This document shows, piece by piece, positions 30,032 to 39,923 of a DNA stretch of 64,000 bases. Within the stretch, counting starts at the first letter, position 1; every line of letters starts with the position of its first letter. This DNA is from Dehalococcoidia bacterium. Lineage in GTDB: Bacteria > Chloroflexota > Dehalococcoidia > Lucifugimonadales > UBA3495. The position numbers and the translations under genes are program-made. Where the stretch lies: contig JASLXV010000023.1 in assembly GCA_030740155.1 (NCBI GenBank), positions 1 to 64,000 on the forward strand, read 5' to 3'. The notes below the pieces were generated by a model. It was not told the DNA's origin. It searched no databases and saw nothing but the letters and a program-made list of their open reading frames with translations.

Positions 30032-31213
30032 CTATCCGCTCTGGTCCGCCATTAAATGCAAATACTTGTACCCGGAGCCGGTATTCAGCAGGACGATCGT
30101 CTCGTCGGCCTGCAAGAAACCCTCTTGGACCAGGCGATTGAGCCCCACAACGGTGGCGGCTCCTTCGGGACAGGCGACAACTCCCTCGGCGGCGGCGAGT
30201 TCGTGCATGGCTTCCACCATCTCATGGTCCTCCACCGCCAGTGCGGTGCCCGCCGTCTCCCGGATTATCTGAAGGATGAGGTAATCGGCGAAGGGGCCCG
30301 GCACCCGGAGGCCGTCGGCCACCGTCGCGGCTTTGGGCCAGGGCTCGGCGGCGGGAGTTCCTTCGTGAAACGCCTTGACGATGGGTTGGCAGCCGACGGC
30401 TTGCACCGCGATGAACTTGGGCTGCCGGCCTTCGACCCAGCCCAGCTCCATCAACTCCTGGAATGCCTTGTGCATGCCGATGATGCCGGTTCCGCCGCCG
30501 GTGGGATAGACGATGGCATCGGGCAACTTCCAGCCCAGCTGCATGGCGATTTCCAGGCCCATCGTCTTTTTGCCCTCGGCCCGGTAGGGTTCCTTCAGTG
30601 TCGAGAGGTCGAAGAGCCCTTGCTCCTTGGCTACCGCCACCGCTATCCGGCCGGCGTCTCCGATCAGCCCGTCAACCAGGTTCATCTCAGAACCGGTGAG
30701 AAGGCACTCCTTCTTGTTGGCGTCGGGGACATCCTTCGGCATGAACACTTTGAGCGGCATTCCACCCCGGGCGCAGTAGGCGGCGGCGGCCCCGGCGGCG
30801 TTGCCGGCGGAGGGCATCGTGAAACCGGGGGCGCCCAGCTCACCGGCCCGGGAGATGGCTGCCGATATTCCCCGGGCTTTGAAGGTCCCAGTGGGGTTCA
30901 GCCCCTCCTCTTTGATGAACAGGTGGTTCAATCCCAGACGCTTCCCCAGGTTCGGCGCCTTCAGCAAGGGGGTCCCCCCTTCGCCCAGGGTGACCACGTT
31001 CGCCGGGTCCTCCACCGGTAGCAGCTCGGCGAAGCTCCACATTCCACCGGGCCGGCGCGCCACGGCGTCCCGGTCCACCTCCCGGCCCAATTTGGGCAGG
31101 TCATAGCGGGCATACAGCACTTTACCGCAGCAAGGGCTAACCGTGCTCAGGGCGCCGGCGGAATAGGTCTTGCCGCATTGAGTGCATTCCAGGTGGGCCA
31201 GATAGCTGGACAC
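30032..31213 (-). CDS. thrC: Threonine synthase
   Basis: LGEGGTPL, KEEGLNPTGTFKARG, SAGNA, EGKKTMGLE; GTG 31213 with GGAGG RBS. Confidence 0.92.
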   Translation of the reverse strand: MSSYLAHLECTQCGKTYSAGALSTVSPCCGKVLYARYDLPKLGREVDRDAVARRPGGMWSFAELLPVEDPANVVTLGEGGTPLLKAPNLGKRLGLNHLFIKEEGLNPTGTFKARGISAAISRAGELGAPGFTMPSAGNAAGAAAAYCARGGMPLKVFMPKDVPDANKKECLLTGSEMNLVDGLIGDAGRIAVAVAKEQGLFDLSTLKEPYRAEGKKTMGLEIAMQLGWKLPDAIVYPTGGGTGIIGMHKAFQELMELGWVEGRQPKFIAVQAVGCQPIVKAFHEGTPAAEPWPKAATVADGLRVPGPFADYLILQIIRETAGTALAVEDHEMVEAMHELAAAEGVVACPEGAATVVGLNRLVQEGFLQADETIVLLNTGSGYKYLHLMADQSG

Positions 31214-31363
31214 GGGCTGGTAACCTCCATTTCTCAGACAGGCGAATAGCCTGGATACGGTGGCGATTATCTCGAAGATATCATACTCTATGTTGGGTAC
31301 CTCTGGCACGGGGTGGAATCGGTCCCCGGCCAGTTTCCCCCGCTTTTGTGGTCAAACCTCCTA

Positions 31364-31372
31364 TGCTATAAT
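31364..31372 (+). promoter_or_regulatory. Extended -10 promoter element
   Basis: TGCTATAAT about 35 nt upstream of the crotonase-prs operon start. Confidence 0.6.
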
Positions 31373-31407
31373 CCGTGGTGCCGCCGACCCGATCACGGAG
31401 AGAGACC

Positions 31408-32226
31408 ATGCCGTCCTACCAACACCTGCTGCTGGAAAAAGACCCGGTCGCGCACATTGCCAAACTCACCATCAATCGTCCCGACCGGCGCAACGCCATG
31501 AACGATCAGACCACCGATGAGATGTCCGACGCCATCGAAGACGTGGAGGCCGACGACTCCATACGAGTTCTCATTCTCACCGGGACCGGCAATGTGTTCT
31601 GCGCCGGCGGCGACCTGCAGGCGCTGCGGGGAGGCAGCGAGCTGGGTACCTGGGCCGCGGACACACCGGATGAAATCCGCCGCAGTTTCCGTCGGGCCCA
31701 GCGCCTGATGCTGGGATTACAGCGGATGGAAAAGCCGGTCATCGGCATGATCACCGGCGCCGCCGTGGGCGCGGGTTTCGACTTGGCTGCCGTGTGTGAC
31801 ATTCGGATAGGGTGCCCCCGCTCCCGATTCATGGTAGGCTACGTGCGGTTGGGCCTGTTTCCCGGCTTCGGCGGCACCTGGCTTTACACCCGAACCCTCG
31901 GCAGTTTGGGTAAGGCGGCTGAGCTGTTGTTCACCGGCGATTTCATGGAAGCGGATGAGGCGTACCGTGTGGGGTTTCTAAACCGGCTGGTGCCGGAAGA
32001 AGACCTGGAAAGCGCAACCATGGAAATGGCCCGTAAGATCGGGGACGGCCCGCCAATCGCCCTCCGGTTGGCCAAGCTGATGCTCTACAAAGGCCTGGAC
32101 TTCGACCTGGAGACGGCGATGAAGATGGCGGCGGCGGCGGAGACAATTACCTTGACCTCGAAGGACCACGAAGAGGGCATCGCGGCCTTTCGGGAGTCCC
32201 GGAAAGCCGTTTACGAGGGCCGATAA
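31408..32226 (+). CDS. Enoyl-CoA hydratase/isomerase family protein
   Basis: NRPDRRNAM, FCAGGDL, GAAVGAG, DHEEGIAAF. Confidence 0.94.
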   Translation: MPSYQHLLLEKDPVAHIAKLTINRPDRRNAMNDQTTDEMSDAIEDVEADDSIRVLILTGTGNVFCAGGDLQALRGGSELGTWAADTPDEIRRSFRRAQRLMLGLQRMEKPVIGMITGAAVGAGFDLAAVCDIRIGCPRSRFMVGYVRLGLFPGFGGTWLYTRTLGSLGKAAELLFTGDFMEADEAYRVGFLNRLVPEEDLESATMEMARKIGDGPPIALRLAKLMLYKGLDFDLETAMKMAAAAETITLTSKDHEEGIAAFRESRKAVYEGR

Positions 32227-33176
32227 TGGTTTCGGTGATCGACGACCTCAAAGTATTTACCGGCAACGCCCACCGGCAATTGGCCCAAGACGTTTGCCGG
32301 TACCTGGATTTACCTCTGGGCGAGGCTGAGGTGTTCAAGTTCGCCAACGACAACACCTTCGTCCGCATCCAAGAAAACGTCCGTCAGAGGGACGTTTTTA
32401 TTATTCAGCCCACCTGCTACCCGGTCAACGACAACCTGATGGAACTCCTCATCATGATCGACGCCTGCAAGCGGGCGTCGGCGGGGCGCATAACCGCGGT
32501 GGTCCCCTACTACGGTTACGGCCGCACCGATAAGAAGGACCAACCGCGCGTGCCGATAACTGCCCGCCTGGTCGCCGACCTGTTGACCGCGGCCGGCGCC
32601 GAGCGGCTGCTGACCGTCGACCTCCACGCCGGACAGATACAGGGCTTCTTCAACATCCCGGTGGACGAGTTGACCGCGCTGCCCATTCTGACCGACTACT
32701 TCCAATCCAAAGAGATCAACGACCTGGTGGTGGCGGCGGTGGACATCGGCATCAGCAAACGGGCCAGGGACGTTGCGGAGCGGCTCCACGCTCCCCTGGC
32801 AATCATCGAGAAACGCCGATTGGGCAATAACGAGCGCACCGAGACCCTGAACGTCATCGGCGATGTGCGGGGCAAGGTGGCCCTCCTCTTCGACGACGAA
32901 GTCGATACCGGAGGCACCATTGTCGCCTCCGCCCGCACCCTGGTGGAACGTGGCGTCAAAGAGGTGTACTGTTGCGTGACCCATCCGGTCCTGTCCCGCG
33001 ACGCCTCCGATCTCATGGCCCACAGCAATTTCACCGAAGTAGTGGTCTCGGACACCATCCCTCTGCCGGCGGAGAAGCGCAACGGCAAGATCACCGTGTT
33101 GTCGGTGGCCCCCCTGTTGGGCGAGGCGATCCATCGCATCCATAAAGGGCTCTCGGTCGGGGAGATGTTCAACTGA
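32226..33176 (+). CDS. prs: Ribose-phosphate pyrophosphokinase
   Basis: NDNLMELL, DLHAGQIQGFF, DDEVDTGGT. Confidence 0.98.
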   Translation: MVSVIDDLKVFTGNAHRQLAQDVCRYLDLPLGEAEVFKFANDNTFVRIQENVRQRDVFIIQPTCYPVNDNLMELLIMIDACKRASAGRITAVVPYYGYGRTDKKDQPRVPITARLVADLLTAAGAERLLTVDLHAGQIQGFFNIPVDELTALPILTDYFQSKEINDLVVAAVDIGISKRARDVAERLHAPLAIIEKRRLGNNERTETLNVIGDVRGKVALLFDDEVDTGGTIVASARTLVERGVKEVYCCVTHPVLSRDASDLMAHSNFTEVVVSDTIPLPAEKRNGKITVLSVAPLLGEAIHRIHKGLSVGEMFN

Positions 33177-33196
33177 CTCAGGAGGTAGGTTTCGGC

Positions 33197-34372
33197 ATGT
33201 ACGATTTGCTGATCAAAGGTGGCACCGTAATCGACCCATCTCAGGGCATCCACGGCGTCAATGATGTGGCGGTGGAGAAAGGCAAGATTGCCCGGGTCGC
33301 CTCTAGCATCCCCATCGAGGAGGCCCTCCGGGTGGTCGAGGTTCGCGGGAAGCTGGTTACACCCGGCCTGATCGACCTGCACACCCACGTCTACGACGGG
33401 GTGAACAACAATGGCGTGGCGCCCGACCTCGGTGGGGTTCGCGCCGGCGTCACCACCATGGTGGATGCGGGCAGCGCCGGGTGTGACAATATCGGAGGCT
33501 TTCCAAGACACATCATTCCCAACAACCACACCGAAGTTATCTGCTTCTTGCATATTTGCCGTACCGGCCTGACCACATCTCCCGACATCTTCAGCCCGGC
33601 CAGCATTGACCTGGAGAAGACGATCCAAGTAGCCTCGGAGAACCGCTCGTTTATTTCCGGCATCAAGGCGCGGATGGTGTCGCCGGCGCTGGAGATCATG
33701 GGAATGGAGATGCCGCGTCTGGCCAAACAGGCCGCCAAGGAAGCCGGCATCAAGCTCATGGTCCACATCGGGGACACGGAGAAGCGCTATGACGCCAACG
33801 TCATCCGCCAACTGCTGCCGATAATGGAGGAAGGGGACATCGTCACCCACTTCTTTACCGCCAACCCGGGTGGGGTGCTGGGCGCCGATGGCAAGCTGGT
33901 CCCCGAGGCCAAGGAGGCCAACGACCGGGGAGTGTGGCTGGATACGGCCCACGGCCGGATGAACTTCAGCTTCGACGTGGGCGAGCGGATTCTGGACCAG
34001 GGGCTGTCGCCCCACTGCATCAGCACCGACCTGACCCAGCCCGGCCGGCTGCGCACCGTCCACAGCATGACGGAGATGATGAGCCGGTTCCTGGCCATGG
34101 GGTTCACCATGGATCAGGTGGTCACCATGTCCACCTTGAATCCCGCCAAAGCGGTCGGCGCGGATGACCGCCTGGGCACCCTGGCCGTTGGCCGGCAGGC
34201 CGATATCTCGATACTGGAAGTCAAGGACGGTGAATGGGTGGTCTACGACGTGGTCGGCGACTCCCGGCGGCTGGACAAGGCGTTGGTGCCGGTGATGACC
34301 GTCAAGAGGGGTGAGGTGTTCGAAGCCGCCTGGGGTCCCCGCCCCTGGGGTTGGGAGCCGGACCAGTCCTAG
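33197..34372 (+). CDS. Amidohydrolase/deacetylase (dihydroorotase-like metallohydrolase)
   Basis: PGLIDLHTH, GVTTMVDAGSAG, MVHIG, ISTD. Confidence 0.92.
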   Translation: MYDLLIKGGTVIDPSQGIHGVNDVAVEKGKIARVASSIPIEEALRVVEVRGKLVTPGLIDLHTHVYDGVNNNGVAPDLGGVRAGVTTMVDAGSAGCDNIGGFPRHIIPNNHTEVICFLHICRTGLTTSPDIFSPASIDLEKTIQVASENRSFISGIKARMVSPALEIMGMEMPRLAKQAAKEAGIKLMVHIGDTEKRYDANVIRQLLPIMEEGDIVTHFFTANPGGVLGADGKLVPEAKEANDRGVWLDTAHGRMNFSFDVGERILDQGLSPHCISTDLTQPGRLRTVHSMTEMMSRFLAMGFTMDQVVTMSTLNPAKAVGADDRLGTLAVGRQADISILEVKDGEWVVYDVVGDSRRLDKALVPVMTVKRGEVFEAAWGPRPWGWEPDQS

Positions 34373-34431
34373 AGCCGTTCCCAGTTATTGCCGGCCGCCT
34401 CGAATCGGGCGTCGGCCCAATAGACGCACCA

Positions 34432-34461
34432 AGTAGGGGCGAGGCATTTCTCGCCCCTACT
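34432..34461. repeat. GTAG-type REP-like palindrome
   Basis: AGTAGGGGCGAG-N6-CTCGCCCCTACT between convergent genes. Confidence 0.75.
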
Positions 34462-34663
34462 CTTGTCGGCGGACCTGCCTCGAAACCGTCATTACGAGCG
34501 AAGCGCCGGGTGACATGTTCCAGCGTACTCCAGAGGCAAAGCTGCTGGGAGCCGACGCGGGGTTGGCCACAGGAGGCAACAGAGGCATTAGCTCCTAATT
34601 AAATCTCTGTGCCTCTGTGTCTCTGTGGTCATTTCCCCGTGAAGCGCTTTTGGAGCACGCGGT

Positions 34664-35626
34664 TCAGGAAACCGTCTTGCCGGCGGGTCGCTTCTTCCCA
34701 CGGAAGGGCCGGGTCAGCCGGCGAAGCTTGGCGGAAAGCCGGAACCTGGGCCGGATGCTGTGGGCGATGAGGGGCGCCACCTGCCGGTTGCCCGCTACCA
34801 GGGGAGCCACCCAGCGCCTCAATTCCTTCATGCTTGGCGAACGTGTCTCCCAGCTGGGCACCAGGCATTCCAGGGGATTCCACCGTTTCTCGCCGGGCAG
34901 TCGCGCCATCACGGTTCCCTGGGCCTCCGTGACCGCCAGCACCCCCGCCGCCACGTCCCAGAGGTGGGGAGAGCCTTGAATCGAGTATTGCAGCACGCCG
35001 GAGGCAGTCATCGCCAACTCATAGGCGGAGCTGCCGGTGGTCCGTGGCTCTCCTCCGTTGGAGTGGCCGCTCCCAGTTAATCTGCCGGCGAACTTGGAGG
35101 TGTGGGCGAAGGAGCCCGGCAGGCCGACGAGGCGGTTGTTTACCGGTTCTTTCGACTGGTAAACGGTAACCGGTTCCCCGTCGGCGAAGCAGCCGCCGCC
35201 CCGGCGGCAGTGCATGACGAACCCGCCGCCCGGCTTGGGCCAGGGGATGTAGAGCGCACCCGCCAGGGGCCGGCCCCGGTAAAGGACGCCGATTGACGAC
35301 GCGTACACCGGAAGCCCGTTGATGAAGTTGGTGGTCCCGTCCAGGGGGTCGAGTACCCAGAGGTAGTCGGGGCAGGCCGTGTCGGACGCGCCGGCGTCCT
35401 CCTCCCCAAGGATGCCGTGGTCCGGAAACCGCTGGGCTATCTCCGCCACGAGAAACTCCTGGCAGGTGGTGTCGGCAGCGGTCACCGGGTCCCGGTGAGC
35501 CTTGTCTTTGTACTCGATGGAGATCTGGCGTCCGAAGTGGGCGGAGAGGATTTCCCCGGCTCCCTCGGCCAGCCGCACGGCGAAGGTCTCGATCTCCTGG
35601 GCCAGCGTGTCAGCGGGGAACGCCAC
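34664..35626 (-). CDS. Inositol monophosphatase family protein
   Basis: GEE, WVLDPLDGTTNF, WDVAAG. Confidence 0.94.
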   Translation of the reverse strand: MAFPADTLAQEIETFAVRLAEGAGEILSAHFGRQISIEYKDKAHRDPVTAADTTCQEFLVAEIAQRFPDHGILGEEDAGASDTACPDYLWVLDPLDGTTNFINGLPVYASSIGVLYRGRPLAGALYIPWPKPGGGFVMHCRRGGGCFADGEPVTVYQSKEPVNNRLVGLPGSFAHTSKFAGRLTGSGHSNGGEPRTTGSSAYELAMTASGVLQYSIQGSPHLWDVAAGVLAVTEAQGTVMARLPGEKRWNPLECLVPSWETRSPSMKELRRWVAPLVAGNRQVAPLIAHSIRPRFRLSAKLRRLTRPFRGKKRPAGKTVS

Positions 35627-35743
35627 TGCTGCTTCCTCTTGTTTCAGCCATCGTGGGAAGATTCTTTGGGTAGAGCGAGGGGAACCCTTTCTTGCAGTAA
35701 AGGGTTCGCCGGAGGCGCCTTTCTTGGGGTTTTCCAGCAGGGA

Positions 35744-36208
35744 TTATGGCCCGGCGGCGGCCTGTAAGGCCTCCAGGTGCCCGGTCCAGTGCCGGGCGAT
35801 GGTGCGCATCCGGTCTTTGCCGGTGGGGGCTGAGCCGTCGGCCCGGTACATCAGCACCGCGTCGGGGTTTGGCAGGGCCCGGATCGCTTTGATCAATTCT
35901 TGATGTGACTGTTTGAGTTGAGCGACGATGTCGGCGAGGGTTGAACCGGCGGTCTTTCCGACGGCGTCCTCATTGATCGCGTCGACGGAGATCGTGTGGT
36001 AGAGTGCGGGCCCGCCCTGGCCCACGGCCAAAGCAGCTTCGGTGGTGGCCCGGTGCCAGAAAAGCATGTGGGCCGCCACCTCCCACACCCCCCAGCGATC
36101 GACGCGGGCCGATGACTGGGCCCCGGGACCCTCGAAGTACTGAAGTGTCTTCTGCACCACCTGATTCGCCAGGTCGATTAGCTGATCAATCGTTTCGGAC
36201 TCGGCCAT
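35744..36208 (-). CDS. DinB-like four-helix-bundle protein
   Basis: WGVWEVAAHMLFWH and HWTGH histidine motifs; RBS GAGGAGG. Confidence 0.75.
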   Translation of the reverse strand: MAESETIDQLIDLANQVVQKTLQYFEGPGAQSSARVDRWGVWEVAAHMLFWHRATTEAALAVGQGGPALYHTISVDAINEDAVGKTAGSTLADIVAQLKQSHQELIKAIRALPNPDAVLMYRADGSAPTGKDRMRTIARHWTGHLEALQAAAGP

Positions 36209-36650
36209 TTAGGTGCCCTCCTCATCGCAGTCTGGCGGCGAACCTCCCAGCGACGCCCGCGGTTGGAGCAGTTTCACCGGAGTTATTGCCGGGGTATTGA
36301 TTGGAACTATTTGCTCCGGAACGGCGGCGCTGGGCTGGGGACAACCCAGTATAACATGGGCTGTCGGCGTCGCCGTTGCCGAACGTCTTGCCTGTCCGGA
36401 GGGAGCGGCAGCTTGCCCGGAGGCGCCGGGTCCGCCGTGACTTCCGCGAAATATGAAATAGCTCAATTCGTTATGGGGTTGGCGCATGTCAGTTGATTCC
36501 GCGCCCAAGATGCGAATTGAGGGAATGTTCGGCGGGTCAAGGCTCCGATGGAGGGACCCCGCGCCGGATTCCTCGTCGCTTCGCTCCTCGGAATGAAATT
36601 TCTTGGACAAGCCCATCTTCAGGCGAGGGGTTCGGCAGGGGCGAACAGAA

Positions 36651-36677
36651 GTAGGGGCGGGTATGAAACCCGCCCCT
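36651..36677. repeat. GTAG-type REP-like palindrome
   Basis: GTAGGGGCGGGT-ATGAA-ACCCGCCCCT. Confidence 0.7.
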
Positions 36678-36706
36678 TTTGATTGCGTCCAGGTTATGCG
36701 CTCAGG

Positions 36707-37117
36707 TTATGCGGCCGGTTTGAAGTACGGGATGGTGACCTGCTCGGTGGCCCGGACGAAGGTCACCTCCACCGGCATGCCGATCTTCACGTCCTTCGGG
36801 TTGCAATCGACGATGTTGGTGAACATCTTCACCCCTTCATCCAGCTCCACCAGGGCCAGGACGTAGGGCACTTCTTCGGCGAAACCCGGCGTCCGGTTCT
36901 GGTAGGTAACCGTATAGGTCCAGACGGTGCCTTTGCCGCTAGCCTCGAACCACTTGATATCGCTGGACCAACAGTGAGCGCAGATTCCACGGGGATAGAA
37001 CTGGAACTCGCCGCAGCGATCGCACTTCTGGATAATCAGGCGTCCCTGACGGCAGGAGTCCCAGTATGGCTTGGTCTCGCCAACGATGGTCGGCAGCGGC
37101 TTCTTCCATTCAGGCAT
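36707..37117 (-). CDS. DUF35/ChsH2-like Zn-ribbon OB-fold protein
   Basis: CDRC...YPRGICAHC, GKGTVWTYT, PYVLALVELDEG. Confidence 0.94.
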   Translation of the reverse strand: MPEWKKPLPTIVGETKPYWDSCRQGRLIIQKCDRCGEFQFYPRGICAHCWSSDIKWFEASGKGTVWTYTVTYQNRTPGFAEEVPYVLALVELDEGVKMFTNIVDCNPKDVKIGMPVEVTFVRATEQVTIPYFKPAA

Positions 37118-37120
37118 GGT

Positions 37121-38302
37121 CTAATCCCTCCCCAGAATCACTGTTCCGCCGCTGTGCCGGGTCGCCAGGGTGCCACCCGTTCCGTGGCATAGGGCGACCC
37201 GGCAGTTGGGGACTTGGCGTGGCGTCCCCTCGAACTGGTTGCGGAGTTGCCGCGTCGCCTCCAACAGCAAGAAGATGCCTCGCATTCCCGGGTGGTTGGA
37301 CGAGAGGCCGCCTCCATCGGTGTTGATGGGCAGCTCCCCGCCGACCTCCAGCCGGCCGCCGGATACGAATGCGCCGCCCTCACCCTTCTGGCAGAAACCC
37401 AGGTCCTCCAACGTTTCGATTACCGTGATGGTGAACGAGTCGTAGACCATGGCCATGTCGATGTCCTGATGGGTCACCCCGGCCATGGCGAAGGCCGGCT
37501 CGTGGCTCTGCTTCGCGGCGATGTACATCAGGTCTCGCTTGCCCGCCCCCTGGTGGGCCAGCGCTTCACCCGTGCCCAGCACCCATACCGGCTTGTGCCG
37601 GCAGCCCCGGGCGACCTCCGGCGAGGCCACTACCACCGCGCCTCCGCCGTCGCTGATCAAGCAACAATCCGGGAGGTGCAGAGGAGACGATATCACCCTG
37701 GAGTTGACCACGTCCGCGACGGTGATTGGGTCGCGGAACATCGCCTCCGGGTTCATGGAGGCGTGCTTGCGTATCGAGACGGCCACCTCGGCCAGTTGCT
37801 CCGAGGTGGTCCCATACAGGTGCATGTGCCGCTGGGCGATCATGGCGTACATGCCCACCGTGGTCAACCCGTACAGCTCTTCAAAGCTATCCGGCGACGG
37901 CTCAAGCTTGGGGTGGCCGAACCGGGCCACACCGCCGGTGCCCACCGAGACGCCGCCCGACCGGGCCTGGGAGCTGTAGGTGATGACGGCGCAGTTGATG
38001 CGCCCGCTGGCGATGGCGTTCAAAGCGTGGGCCAGATGGAACTCGAAGGAGCCGCCACCGACGGTGGTGTTGTCCACGAACTTTGGGTAGAGGTTCAGGT
38101 AGTCGGCCAGGTTCATCCCGGTGTTGCGGCCGGCCGAGTGGGCGACGAGCAGGCCGTCAACATCTTTCTTCTCCAGGCCCGCGTCCTCCAGCGCCTTGAT
38201 GACGCTCTCCCCCTTGATCTGTAGCTCACTCTTGTCGGGCGCGTAGCGGGTGACGTGCTCGTGAATGCCGACGATGGCGGCGGCGCGCCTGAGATCCACC
38301 AT
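37121..38302 (-). CDS. SCP-x/lipid-transfer-type thiolase-fold protein
   Basis: CCLISDGGGA, YDSFT, NTDGGGLS..HPG; N-terminal catalytic Cys absent (GGGS); paired with DUF35. Confidence 0.92.
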   Translation of the reverse strand: MVDLRRAAAIVGIHEHVTRYAPDKSELQIKGESVIKALEDAGLEKKDVDGLLVAHSAGRNTGMNLADYLNLYPKFVDNTTVGGGSFEFHLAHALNAIASGRINCAVITYSSQARSGGVSVGTGGVARFGHPKLEPSPDSFEELYGLTTVGMYAMIAQRHMHLYGTTSEQLAEVAVSIRKHASMNPEAMFRDPITVADVVNSRVISSPLHLPDCCLISDGGGAVVVASPEVARGCRHKPVWVLGTGEALAHQGAGKRDLMYIAAKQSHEPAFAMAGVTHQDIDMAMVYDSFTITVIETLEDLGFCQKGEGGAFVSGGRLEVGGELPINTDGGGLSSNHPGMRGIFLLLEATRQLRNQFEGTPRQVPNCRVALCHGTGGTLATRHSGGTVILGRD

Positions 38303-38623
38303 ATTTGAGGTACCTCCGTACCAGATTGTCGCCGAGGGAGTTCGCCCTTTCTTATCTCAGAGCATCCATGGAAGGGGAGGCTCGGCATGGGTGCTGAACG
38401 CCGGCAGCGGAGCGCTGACCGCTGATCATCATGGCCACCTGGAGCGGCATTATCATAGGTGCGGGGCTGGAGGGTGTCAAGGGCCGGTGCATCCGGCGGT
38501 CTCGGGCTGGGGGCCTCTTCCTAATCCCCGGGATACCGGATATAGTTGGGTGCGAGGCATGCCTCCCTCACCCGGAGTCAAAACAGGGCATGCTGGTGGC
38601 GGCCAATAATTTCAGGAGGCTTC

Positions 38624-39271
38624 ATGCTGGCGTTTTTGGGAGGCACCGGACCGGAAGGCAGGGGACTCGCCTTGCGGCTAGCCCTGGCAGGGCAGCAGGC
38701 GATCATCGGGTCTCGAGACGCCGGCCGGGCCGCCAAAGTGGCGGAGGAGCTGCTTCAGCTCGCCCCCGGAGCCCGCATCGGGGGAGCCACCAACGCCGAT
38801 GCCGCGGCCCGGGCCGACGTGGTCTTCTTGACTTTTCCCTACGAAGGGCAGCGTACGGTGCTGGAGCAGTTGCGGGAGTCCCTTGACGGCAAGGTGGTGG
38901 TTAACGTCATCGCCCCCATGCTCTTCGAGCGAGGCCGGGGCGCCAGCGCCGTGGCGGTGCCGGCGGGCTCCGCTGCCCAGGAGGCGCAGGAGATATTGCC
39001 CGGCTCCCTGGTCGCCGCCGCTTTTCAAAACGTCAGCGCCGAGGACCTGCAGAAGCCGGAGATTATGCTGGAGGGGGATGTGATCGTCTGCTCTGGCCAT
39101 CGGGAAGCCAAAACCCTGGTGATGGACCTGACGCGGGAGATCAAGAACCTGCGCCCGGTGAACGGAGGCGGCCTGGCCAACGCAAAATACGTGGAGCAGC
39201 TAACCCCCCTGCTGGTCAACATCAACCGGATACACAAGATCCACGCCGGCATCAAGATAGTCGGACTCTAG
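38624..39271 (+). CDS. npdG: NADPH-dependent F420 reductase
   Basis: GGTGPEGRGLA, IGSRD, GSAAQ, AFQNVSA, LLVNIN; RBS AGGAGG. Confidence 0.92.
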   Translation: MLAFLGGTGPEGRGLALRLALAGQQAIIGSRDAGRAAKVAEELLQLAPGARIGGATNADAAARADVVFLTFPYEGQRTVLEQLRESLDGKVVVNVIAPMLFERGRGASAVAVPAGSAAQEAQEILPGSLVAAAFQNVSAEDLQKPEIMLEGDVIVCSGHREAKTLVMDLTREIKNLRPVNGGGLANAKYVEQLTPLLVNINRIHKIHAGIKIVGL

Positions 39272-39354
39272 GGAAAAGTTCTTTAGGAGGGGTCTGGGGG
39301 ACCCTTTCTTGGAAGAAAGGGTCCCCCAGCGTTCCAGCATTCAGGAGTTGATCG

Positions 39355-39621
39355 TTAAAGCCAGCTTTCTTCTTCGTCTTCCTCCGGCTCCCGGAACGTA
39401 TACCCCAATCCTTCAAGCTCGGCCCGGAGCCGCCCAGAAAACTCCTCGATGGTGCCGCTCTCCGGCACGGTGATTTCAATCTTGCCGTCCGCGGTCCGGC
39501 CGATGGAGCCGGGGTCTTCCTTGGACAGTTCCACGCTGACAGACTCCCGGTGGATGCCCAAGGTATCGGTCACCGAGAAGATGACCTCCATGTCTCCCAT
39601 GTCGATTATTCCTTCGGCCAT
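39355..39621 (-). CDS. Small acidic hypothetical protein (88 aa)
   Basis: MAEGIIDMGDMEVIFSVTD...; coding-like codon usage; AGGGG RBS. Confidence 0.7.
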   Translation of the reverse strand: MAEGIIDMGDMEVIFSVTDTLGIHRESVSVELSKEDPGSIGRTADGKIEITVPESGTIEEFSGRLRAELEGLGYTFREPEEDEEESWL

Positions 39622-39923
39622 AGCTGGCACCCCTTTTGACCCTAGAAGTGTGGGAAGGCATTGATCCTGAACCAAGTATACAGTCGCCGGTCGCGGACCC
39701 TGGTTCCCGGCCGGAATGGATTTCAATTTTTCCTTGATGCATGTATATTTCCTGAAAGGGTTGCGACGGCACGGCGGCATTGTGTCCCGAGGCTGCGGAA
39801 GGGCCGGGCCGCTCGCCTGACCCCTGGAATGCAACGTCACGTATAAGAATGTAACGTTACGGACAAGGTTGAGGCTCTGATACCGGGCGGCCGGCCGGCC
39901 GCCCCTACTGAGGTTTGCTAGTT

